Of a stretch of DNA of 64,000 nucleotides, positions 51,572 to 62,309 are shown in pieces. The DNA is taken from NCBI RefSeq assembly GCF_964355755.1, contig NC_092673.1:28703648-28767647 (forward strand), given 5' to 3'. The position numbers were made by a program, and so were the translations under genes. The notes beneath the pieces are model-generated. The model worked only from the letters and a program-made list of their open reading frames with translations. It was not told the DNA's origin and did no database searches. This DNA comes from Antedon mediterranea (Eukaryota > Animalia > Echinodermata). The stretch's first letter is position 1; each line of letters opens with the position of its first letter.

Positions 51572-54500
51572 ATTCCTGTCTGGTTAGAGCAATGATCCAG
51601 TCGGAGACCCAGTACGTTAATTCAGTCGCCTCTAGCGCGGAGTACGCCTACGTCGTATACAGATCTGCTCAATTTATAGCTCTTTACTATCAGTGTTTAT
51701 ACGCTCTACTGATATTATCAGACGATGCTATGGAAAAGAAAAACAGATATTTAAAAAATGTGGAGCAAATCTACCATGTAGTAAGGAGGATAAATGGGTA
51801 CACTGGTAACTGTCACACGTCACATAAGATATAACCTTCAATCACTGTGAGTGTGCTTCAGTGATATTAAAGATCCAAATAATGTAGCCAACCAAACTAA
51901 ATAGATCTCAATAGTGCTAAAACGTAGGTAAACATAACTAAATAGATAATATACATAAGTAGTTTAATCCTATAGTCATGCTGAGGATTATAAACATGAA
52001 TTCTGGTACAAATAAAGAGATACAAACATTGAAAAGATGCACACCACTGTAAACACATCCGAACAATGGCGACAAACAATGATATTGTAAAGAACATGGA
52101 AGAGATATACGTATTGTTAACTTTTCTTTCAATGAGATTCCCTATATCCAGAACAGTGAATATAAATGCGATACAAAGAATGCGTAATAAATACCGGTAT
52201 GAAATGAAATGAATACAAGTCAGTTAAAAAAATAAACAGAAATAAGTAATAAATAAAATTATCTAAAATACCAATAATTGTTCTGAGAATTTACCTGGTT
52301 GCGCCAATAATTGTAAAATACGATACGAGGTGAGCTAGCGTACATTTGTAGTACGTACAGTACACAAAAATACCTGGATAGAGATCGTATTCCCACAACC
52401 AACTAGTTCATTATTATAAGCCATGAATGAAGGCAATTACTCACGAAGGAGACTATTTTAATTCGCAATATAAGAGCGTAAAATGTCAACAAAAAACAGC
52501 TGTCGTGAAGCGATATTTTGACAGGTTCCTCGTGGGGGCTAGGCTTGCCACTCCAATGTCACAAAAGCACCCTAAAACGTACCCTAACACCGATATCACA
52601 TTTCTACAAACCATATACTCAGGAACTTATTAATATTAATTTGTGTCAGTTTAATTGTATAAATCTTTATTTATTAAAAACGTACATTTCTTTACGTTCT
52701 ACGTTATGTTTAAGAAAACCTTTTAACTTAATTAAATAAACTTTGTTATTAAAATATGACAATCATTTGATAAATTAATTTTGCTATAAAAAAGAATGCA
52801 ATTAAATTAATGTCATTTGATTGGTTGTTTAGATTGTTGCTTAAAAAAAAAACAAGTTGTAATTGACAAGGTGAGATGAGAGGATCAACAAATGAAGTCA
52901 CCAGTTTTTAAAAAAAATCTGCATTTTGGTTACTAAACAACCCATGAAAACACAGTATTTTTTTTTTTTTCTTTTTCTGGCATCTGATTCTGATATATTG
53001 ACTAATCCTTTGTTTAGAAATAAACGAATAAGGGCAAATTGTTAAATTCTAAATAAACTCGCATAAATATCGCAAATCATTATGTTACAGCATATTTCAT
53101 TCAATTTATCATCTATTATACAGGAGGTGGCGAAAAGGTCAACCAGAGAACGTAATGACCTACAAACTAAAACTAGCTAGAGGTTTATTTTCAATAAAAT
53201 TGAATAAACCATCAAATTACATAATAATCTTAATAGTTATACCGTATGTTAATAAACAAACATTTCAGACCCAATTTATCAAATGATTGAGCGCAGGTAA
53301 TCACTCATTTCTATAACTCTCTGTATGATGGTAACATTCGGTTTATTTTGGACCATATCAAGCATGACTGAAGTTTTTTGAACAGATGATACCCTTAGCA
53401 CTAAAATATTGGGTGGGTGAACAGTTAGTTGGACACATGGACCTAAATTCTAAAAAAATCTAATTGATAGGTATAACATGGTTGACGGAACTCAAATACG
53501 CACTTTTAATAATAAGAGAATGGATAATGTGCATAATTATCGAACTTCCACTTTAGGAATCGTATTCTACCGTACATCTCAGAAATATGAAATGTTGTAC
53601 ATCATTTATGACCGCCTGGACCTATTCACCTGAGCAACCGACCCACAGGAAACGAAAAGCGTCAATCATATATGGGATCTCCCACAAGTCTATTTACACG
53701 ACATACCTGAGTGTTTGTAGTACTCCTCCGGGTCTTTAGACATTCACCAGTAGTTTTGATCTATCAACCATTCAACATTCCTCAAACATCTAAAACTTTA
53801 CAATGTATTTGCGGCTAAAATTCCAAATGTAGGCTATTGGTAAGGACTTAATCGTTGAACTAAAATACTGGTTGCACGTGTGTTCAATAGATAACTATCC
53901 GCGGTAAGAACGAAGTACCGTATAGTACTTCAGTAAGTAGCGTACGTAATAATCCCTATTGAAGCTTCAGCCAATCACAATCCGTCAAGCAATTGTTTTA
54001 TTAACCTGTGTTTAATCGATGAACTTGTAAAGGACTCAGGGAGTGATTCGCTCAAGGTATGTTAGAACATTACTACTATGCTGAACTTTTTGAGCCACGT
54101 CGTACTGTGCATTTATCCGTAACCCGTTTCTTCCAATGAACTCCTCACACACTGCGAGCCAAATCATACAGCGCGCTCACTTACTCCACCAAACGCGTTC
54201 TGACTTACCGCAGGGTCATGCTAGCAAAGAGCTTCTGTGGTTTAGTTAATTAGTAGCATACGAGTGATGAGACACGGTCTTCGTAAAATGAACTGTCCCC
54301 GGTGAGAGGACAGAGAACATTAAGTAATATGTCAATAATAATCACCAGGACTCGACTGATTTGTAGCTGGTGTAACTACATGCGAATATTAGCTAAAATG
54401 TCAACAGGGGACACATTCACGTCATGAAATGAATGACATTATTCAATACCTTTATGTAAGCCACTAAGTTAAAGTAATGTTTTATTTTAACTCTTTTGAT

Positions 54501-55106
54501 TGGCCCGATTTATATATATGTACTGTAGGTTATTATATGTGTTATTGGATAAAAGGAGTGGGGCAAATACTTGACCAATCACTGGCTACTGATCCTAGCA
54601 ATATTAATAAAATACATAGCATTAGCATAAAGTTGGATAGAAAATGCATTGCTTTTGTTTTAAATGCAATTTCAAATATATCAACACCTACTCTTTAATC
54701 TATACATTCACTGACTTTTTTAAGAGGTCAATTTGGAGAGGTCAAGGTGACAGTTGGCCCCACGATTTCCTTGAACCATGGAAATTGGTAATATTAGCTG
54801 GCGTCAAATCGTAGCTGACTCAAAGTGCATCACATTCGGATAACGAATTGGGTCAAATCTATCAATACCCATGGGAAAACGCAAAAAAACAGTAATAATA
54901 TAATCATCACTAACGTCATTTATTAAACAATGATTTGCTAATTATTATTATTAACGGTTATGTTAATAAAAACAGACGAAACATTTATTTTATGCTACTT
55001 GCACGGACTTTCATGTGCAATCAAACTTCACGCGTCATGTTTCCTTGACATTTTTACCACTTACAAATAGATGGCGCACTCCACTAAAAATGTTTATCAC
55101 TATTAA

Positions 55107-55440
55107 AGATGTATTTTCCCCATGAAAAAAATAATTCTTAAAAAATTTTTGAATATTCCATTTTAATGTAAAATAAAAGTTACCCACTTTGACTAAAAAT
55201 TGGATCGAAAAAAAAATGTATTTACCTAAAAAAAATGTAATTTAAAGCAAAAAATTGTCAAATTGGCTGCCAGCCAATGTATTTTTGGTTGAATTTTTAA
55301 CCGTTTATTTTGTCATTTTACAAGTGAAAACATAATTTTTTTTCCCAGTTTTTTTCTATGGAAGTGATTAACTTTATTAAAACTAAGAAATAACATATTC
55401 AAAGTCTTAATTTTTCATGTTTTTGAGGGACAATACATCT
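55107..55440. mobile_element. Kolobok-like non-autonomous element
   Basis: TTAA|AGATGTATT..CCC ... GGGACAATACATCT|TTAA; TTAA TSD with AG termini. Second copy at 18092. Confidence 0.7.
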
Positions 55441-55587
55441 TTAAATAAATTCATCTGGTTCCAAATTAATTGGAAAATTATTACTTTTTTTTCGTAACCA
55501 CGTATTATGAGATGAAAGCTGATTAAAAATAAAGTTTGTGAGAAGGTTATGTAAACGATTTCAGTCATTTTACATTTAATTCCTCTA

Positions 55588-56138
55588 AACTCTGGCTACA
55601 CTAACAAACTAATTTGACAAAAAAGTGTACCCAATATGGTAGTGATATGCTTAAATATGGTAGTGATATAACATCATCATGTCCACGAAATTTATGAAAC
55701 TGCCATCACTAGCATTTCGAAGAAAGAGGTCTTGCTGCTTACAGATTGTTAGAATGATACAAAAGTATGATAATGTTAATCCGGGTGTCTTTTTTGAATT
55801 AGCACCATCTACTGTAACTAGAGGCCACAATTTTAAAATTAAAAAAGTTCATAGTAAATCGAAACACAGACAGAAATTCTTTTCAATATCTGTAGTAAAT
55901 GATTGGAATAGTTTGCCATATCATATAATAAATGCATCCTCTATAAATAATTTTAAAACCCATCTTGAAACACACTGGAAAACCCACAACCTAAAGTTTG
56001 AGTCATATAACCAAGATGTTCAAAGAGGGACTCACAAACCTTAACAGGTTTATAGTCTAAAGGTCAAGGTAAATGAAGGTAAAATGGGCACATCACATTT
56101 TTTTTTGTCACATAAAATTTGATAGTGTAGACAGAGCT
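55588..56138. mobile_element. MITE family A copy split by a CR1-type LINE 3' fragment (~55686-56083, + strand)
   Basis: The insert encodes TRGHNFKI..RQKFFSISVVNDWNSLP..SSINNFKTHLE (CR1/L2-group ORF2 C-terminus) and ends in an AAGGT(C/A)AA repeat tail. The MITE core CATGTCCA/ATGGGCACATCAC is on either side. Confidence 0.8.
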
Positions 56139-56204
56139 TTACAAAAATCAAAACTTTTGTTGTCGTTGGTGGCGTATGACATGTTCTGCTGACGACGACG
56201 ACGA

Positions 56205-56230
56205 TAAAACCGGAAGTGATGACTCGCGAC
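56205..56230 (+). promoter_or_regulatory. Candidate flower promoter element (ETS/GABP site ACCGGAAGTG)
   Basis: Consensus ETS motif about 170 bp upstream of the ATG in a CpG-containing stretch. Motif match only. Confidence 0.35.
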
Positions 56231-56383
56231 CACACGGGACATGTTGACGTTTGTCATCATCATAAAAGAAGAAATAAACAAATGCATTAGGCCTAGGCCT
56301 ACAATAGTTTGAGCAACGAAGGCTCCTTATTAAAACGATTCCAGATATCGTCTGTTTTATTATTATCATCAACTTTCCCTAAA

Positions 56384-59123
56384 ATGATGAGTTCATCAGC
56401 AGATCCACCGAAAAATTTCGGTACCGTAGGCGAAGCCCAACCAAACGGACAGAACATGCAGAGGGACGGAGATGGTCCGCCTCCGAATCCGCAGGAGATG
56501 GGGTTTTGTTTTCGAATGTTTGTTAGAGGCGTCGGTGCTTTGTCAGGCCTAGGTATGTGGGTAGGCAATTTAGGCCTAGCTTAATTGTTTAGTGTTGTGT
56601 TATTACGAACAGTCAGTTTATAATTAAACGATAACAATGAATGAATGGCAATCAATTATGATATATTTTATATGTATTTTTACTAAATAAAATGGGCTAC
56701 TACTACACTAATGCAATGGTGGTGGATAATAATATTAATACAAAATACATACATAGGTTTAAAATATTAAAATACATACACATACAATATTTATAACATA
56801 CAGTTACTACTAGTAGTAGTTGGTATGCTTAAGCCTTAAATAAATAGGGACACTATTAATTTATGCATAAATTATATAATAATATCATTTACTCCATGAT
56901 AATATTCAGGTTGAAATTATCAGACCGTTAGGATAGAGTGCTCAGTACCAAGGTAGAGCATAAATAAATAAATAAAATAACAGAAGAAAACTTGGCAAGT
57001 TTTCTGCTGTTATTTTATTTATTTAAATTATAATAATAAATATATTTCAACATTTGTGTTTTCTTTTAGTTTTGGTAGCTCTTGGAATTCTCACATGTAT
57101 ATCTATTACTGGACATTGCATTATTGCTGGTGTCCTCATGATGTAAGTATTCAATCATTAAAAACATAAACTATCATCTGGTGATAATCTATAAATAACC
57201 TACAGAGAAGGAAACGCGGAGACCTCATCGAAGTTTTTAAATTTTTGAATGGTTACGAAAATATAGATCGCCACTCCTTTTTTAAATTAGCATCTGAAGT
57301 TGGTCCAAATATCACTCGAGGCTCAACTTTTAAATTAAAGAAACCTAGATGGAACTCAACTAAACGGAATAATTTTTTTGACACTAGAGTAATTAACAAG
57401 TGGAACTCGCTGCCCGAATCTGTTGTCAATAGCAAGAGTGTAAATTCATTCAAAAACAAGCTTGACAAATACACACACATACACACATATGAGAGAAGAG
57501 GCTCCCTACGAGTTTAAAAACTCATTGCCTCTTAACTTTACTAAAGGTAAGAATTACTAAAGGTAAGAGTTTAGACCCAACACCCAATTCTTTACCCATT
57601 ACTTTTTCAGATTGTTTGGCGTGATTGTGTTAATGTTAGAAGCCCCTATTTGCTGTTCATTTATAGAAATTACAGCTTCAATCAATAGATGGAGTGAGAA
57701 CAGGCCTCCTTGGCTTAAGGCTATTTCATATTTTGTGTAAGTAGTAGATGTAAATAATAATAATATAATAATACAATATTAGAAATGATGTAAATATGTA
57801 CTGTTTAAGTTTTTTTACTGTTTTTATATACTATACCGTAAATCTTCTAATTTTTTAACCCTGGGTTATTATTCTTTGATTGTTTTTTGGGTGGGTTACT
57901 ATTAGAGTAGTGGGTTACTATTAGAGTAGTGAGTTACTATTACTAATCTTAAATTAGGCACCTGAAAATAGTAACTCACCCCCAACGTTTCCGGTCAGCA
58001 ACTCATACCAAAATAATAAAACAGTACAGTAGGAATAAACAAATTTGGTTGAACTCTAACTTTATTTTATAAACTCAAAAACACTCGATCCTCCCTCACT
58101 CCCGAGATCAACATGCATTATCTCCTTATTTTCAAAATACGGCTGCATCATAAGTTGTTGTGACTCTAATAGTAACCCCCATGCGTTACTATTAGAGTAG
58201 TGGCTTTCTACTAGTTATAGATTGACTTATAAGGTGGGTTACTATTAGAAGAGGGGTTACTATTAGAGTAGTGGGTTATTATTATAGATTGACTTATAAG
58301 GTGGGTTACTATTAAAGTGTGGGTTACTATAAGTAGATTTACGGTATATTATATTTTGGCATTATTATAGGCAAAATATGTGGTACAGCAGCATAATACA
58401 GTATCACATGTGACGATTAACAAACTATTTATATTACATTGTTTTTGCTTTGTATTTTAATGAATATTGCATTGTTTTTAGTGTATTCGGCAAAGCTCTA
58501 ATATTTTAATGATATTTTAACTTACCATTCTTCAAGAGAACAAGAACCTGTTAGTGGCTGTAATTATCACTGTTGGTTTTGATTAAATAAAATAAAAAAT
58601 AAATTAAAAAAATAAATGATATGATTGTATTTTTCTAATAATACTTTTATTATAATTATTTTATGACAGCCTTGCAATCGTACCTGTTATCTTCTGCACC
58701 TCACTAACTGTATTTTTGGGAGTTTTACCAGTGTTCGCTACAGGAGTTTTGTATGGCTTAATATTTGTTGGGAAAAAGTAAGTAATCATCATCTCGTAAA
58801 AATATTTTTTTGACTATTATTATCAACTCATGCCAATATCACAATACAGATAAAAAGAACTGATCTTATAAACATTTAATTAAATAAAAAACACTTTTTA
58901 AAAACCGTACTTTTCAGTATCAAACAACTAATTTCTTCAGTTTCCAGTTAAGCTTGAGGACCAAAAATAAGTACATTTACAATTAGTGTTAGCTGTCATT
59001 GTGTTTATTGTCTTCTTCTTTTTCAGAGGGGATGGCGTGCAAACAGCTCACGTCAACCGCAAGGTGGAGATGAGCAAGTTGGTTGCAAACGAACAAGCAA
59101 TGGGCACGAAAGATATTCCTTGA
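56384..59123 (+). CDS. CACFD1: Calcium channel flower homolog, 5 exons, 190 aa
   Basis: Exons 56384-56552, 57070-57142, 57611-57736, 58670-58777, 59027-59123, all GT-AG and phase consistent. Flower-family motifs CIIAGVLMI, LEAPICCSFIE, WLKAISY, FATGVLYGLIFVGKKGD; several hydrophobic segments. Confidence 0.93.
57190..57567 (+). mobile_element. 5'-truncated CR1-type LINE 3' end in flower intron 2
   Basis: RRKRGDLIEVFKFLNG..TRGSTFKL..FFDTRVINKWNSLPESVVNSKSVNSFKNKLD; tandem tail TTACTAAAGGTAAGA x2. Confidence 0.85.
57836..58344. mobile_element. Tc1/mariner-type MITE with subterminal tandem repeats
   Basis: TA|CCGTAAATCT ... AGATTTACGG|TA; internal GTGGGTTACTATTAGAGTA units. Confidence 0.75.
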
Positions 59124-59273
59124 AACAATATATATTTACCGCATGTTTCTTGTAGTTACACATTCCAAGTTATCATTCCTCATATTAAAACCATCTATTT
59201 ACAGATACGTATATAAATTATATTATGTATATTTGTATATGTAAATCAATTGTGTTGTGTAGCACTGCGTAAA

Positions 59274-59414
59274 TTATATATAAATCACACTGTCGAATTA
59301 TAGAAACAGTGCTCACATTCGGAACATGATCTCACAGTCGCTCGACGCGATTGTGAGATCATGTTCCGAATGTGAGCACTGTTTCTATAGTTTGACAGTG
59401 TGATTTATATATAA
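59274..59414. repeat. Near-perfect 68-bp-arm inverted repeat (foldback) downstream of the flower stop
   Basis: Arms 59274-59341 and 59347-59414, 5-nt loop, 3 mismatches. Confidence 0.9.
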
Positions 59415-60457
59415 ATTATATTACATTTTTTCTGGGGCAGATCTTGAAATAGGGGGTTTTGGGGGTGGGGAGGTGCCAGGGCATTCAAATATTGATGGAA
59501 TGTTACACACTAAGTATTTAAGCCACAAGCGTCGGAAATGTTACTGTCGTACATGAAATACATGATAAATGTCACCCAGAGTTGGCCAGAAATGACACTA
59601 AAAGAGGTAAAAAAGATATGCCTGTTAATGTTTAGTGGGGGAGGGCTAAAGCTTGTTTAGGATCCGCCTAAGTCCGTGCCTGTTTATCTGAACATTGTAC
59701 ACATCTCAAGGATCTCCAGGATTTTATTGGGGCCCTCCTACATTAGCTTGTCCATAGATCTCCAGAACCTTTCAGGTTTCCAGAAAAAAATAAATTGTAA
59801 AATGCTTGTAAGGTGCCTGTATATGATATGAACTTATTGGGGTGCTTTTGATGGTATGTGTGCTTGTTTTTGACATAGCAACAAGGTGCTTAGTTTAAAA
59901 ACGAGGGACTTGGGTTAAACAAGGAACTACTTAGTTTAGATGAAGTTTTAGTTTAAACGGTAAGTTAAAAAGGGCTTATTAAAGGATGAACTCAATTTAA
60001 AAGTGAGACAATATTGACTTTTAAAACTTTTATATTTAACTAGAATAGTAATCTGTTTTTTTTTTAGTATTAAACTTATTTATGACTTGATTCAAAATCT
60101 TAATAATTTTTATTCTAATTAGGGACCAATTGATTTTATTTGGAGGGAAACAAACACATGAATTTCACAATACTGTAGTATTATTTAAAAAGTATTACTT
60201 TATTATTGTAATAATGTAATATAAAATGATCATACTAGACATACATAGATATGTATATTTTACAAGTTTAACATGTACTATACTAAAATATAAATATTAT
60301 CTCAAATTATTAAACTTTAAGAACTATGAAACCAATAGATAATATTCAGCTATTTTTAAGGTAAGGTTTAAAGCAAGCAAAAGTATATACAATAAACTTT
60401 ATAAATTAATGATAAAGTTTAAAAAACAAATTTGTGCAATGATTCCAGTGACCCTGT

Positions 60458-60716
60458 AATATTGGTTAGCTTTCCATTTATTGATTATATCCAATATTGA
60501 TTAGTTTACATTTATTGATTATATTCAATATTGATTAGGTTTCCATTTATTGATTATATCCAATATTGATTAGTTTCCCATTATTGATTATATCCAATAT
60601 TGATTATTTACAATATATTGATTATATCCAATATTGATTATGTTTCCATTTATTTATTAGGTTTCCATTTATTGATTATATCCAATATTGATTAGGTTCC
60701 GTTTATTGATTATATC
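60458..60716. repeat. ~31-32-bp minisatellite TTTCCATTTATTGATTATATCCAATATTGATTAG
   Basis: About 8 degenerate tandem copies. Confidence 0.85.
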
Positions 60717-61064
60717 TGGTACTGGGGCAACATATTTATTACAATAAGTTCTAACTATGGAACGCCAAGGAGCGAAGTATAAAACGCCATTGTGCGAAGT
60801 GATTTTAATTATATTAAAAAGCAAATAGCAACTAATATTGAAAAGTTGAAATCTAATATTAAATATAAATAATAATTATTTATGGTAAATAAAATATAAA
60901 GTAAATTATAGGGTGACTTATTTTATTTAATGTTTCTCACATTAAAGTTAGTTCATTGCATTGAAAACACCCTCTCATTTAATTCAATTATATAAAACGA
61001 TTAGGGTTATCATAATATAATATAATCAAAGCAATTTAAAAAGATCAAAGGACTGTTACGCGTT

Positions 61065-61227
61065 TCTCACACTTGGCAAGGCAAGCTCAGTATGGTATCG
61101 CATCGCAAGTACTTTGATCATATTCGCGTCGTGATTAATGTATCATCCGAACTGTCGCATGTGATTGGTCAACTTACCTGCGTTTTTGCTTCGTCATTGC
61201 GCGTTGCGTCCAAGTGTGAACCGAGCT
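61065..61227. mobile_element. Degenerate MITE family B copy upstream of the lyase gene
   Basis: CCGAACTGTCGCATGTGATTGGTCAACT..GCGTTGCGTCCAAGTGTGAACCGAGCT. Confidence 0.6.
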
Positions 61228-61382
61228 TTAATATCAAAAGGGAAGCAACATTGCGACAACGGTATAATCAGGAGTTCTCCCTGGTATAATCTGTGCTATT
61301 TACACAACAGAACTGCTACTGCAGCAGCAAACGCTATTGCCACTGTGAATTGTTTAGCGTAACCAGTTACATTCATTGTGTT

Positions 61383-62309
61383 ATGTGGAAGGCTGGCTTC
61401 ATAAGAAGAATTTGTATTCACTTGACGAAGGAGAAGATGAAGATCACACCAACGTTTGGAAAAGTATTTCGCGATTCGGAATATGCACTTGATCCAGATG
61501 TGACGTTTTGTAATAATGGGGCGTTTTCAGCTGTCCCGAAGCAAGTACTATTTTCACAGGCTAAGTAAGGACATTTGTATAATTTAAGTAAGGGTACAAT
61601 TGACGGCGGAATAAACGGTATTATGGTAGGCCTACGGTCACTGCAATGCAAGACAATAAACAGTACTCTTTCAAGTTTGATCAATGTGCTTTGCTTTATT
61701 GCCGGTCCGCCAGATAGTCTGATGACTTTCCCGCCTCGACTGTGTTGCTTATATCTCGGATTGCTTGCCTCCAGTCCTGTCTGTTTTCTGCTATTCTCCG
61801 AATCGTTTCTATATCTTTTATACTATTGATCCTAGGAGGTAGTGCAGTTGATGATTGCTTAAGCGTGGTTCCCACTAGCGACGCAACACAAGGACGTAAC
61901 GCAACGCAAGTGAATTGACCAATCACAAGCGATGGCTTATTCGCTTGTGATTGCTAACTGTCTATAACTTCGCTTGTCATTGGTTAAAACGCTTGCGTTG
62001 CGTTTATGTCCTTGCGTTACGTTCTAGTGGGAACCAAGCTTTATGAAGGGTGATCATCAGGTCGTTAGATAGAGTTACCAATAGTATGGATCGTGGTCGT
62101 CCTCTATATTTTTGTTGCTTGCAGCTGATCAATGTAGTTGATAATTAAAATTGAGTTTTTATTCAGATTTAGGTATATGCAGGAAACGGACCCAGAAGCC
62201 TGGTTTCGCTATAAAGTTAAAGAAGCCATTTCTAATGCGACGGACAATGTTGCCGACATGTTTGGGTCAAATAAAGAAAACTTGGTTTTAGTAGAAAATG
62301 CAACTACTG
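61383..62309 (+). CDS. PLP-dependent class V aminotransferase-family C-S lyase (Egt2 hercynylcysteine sulfoxide lyase / CefD / L-cysteine desulfhydrase-like), first two exons; gene continues beyond the window
   Basis: Exon 61383-61564 (alternative ATG 61437; LDPDVTFCNNGAFSAVPKQV) and exon 62167-62309 (QETDPEAWFR..VADMFG..ENLVLVENATTG), joined in phase 2 by a GT-AG intron. The N-[H/N]-G-[S/A]-F-x-x-x-P and NAT[T]G motifs are typical of this subfamily. Confidence 0.82.
61862..62040. mobile_element. MITE family B, young full-length copy
   Basis: Full TIRs with TTA flanks. Further partial copies start at 62432 and 62592. Confidence 0.85.

Noticed and set aside
52295-54260. Candidate 5' non-coding exons of the cadherin gene (minus-strand donors near 52294 and 54208)
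   Set aside because: Donor-like motifs alone are not enough without transcript evidence.
55679-56044. 121-aa ORF (and the 90-aa ORF at 57245) as host genes
   Set aside because: Both are C-terminal fragments of CR1-type LINE ORF2.
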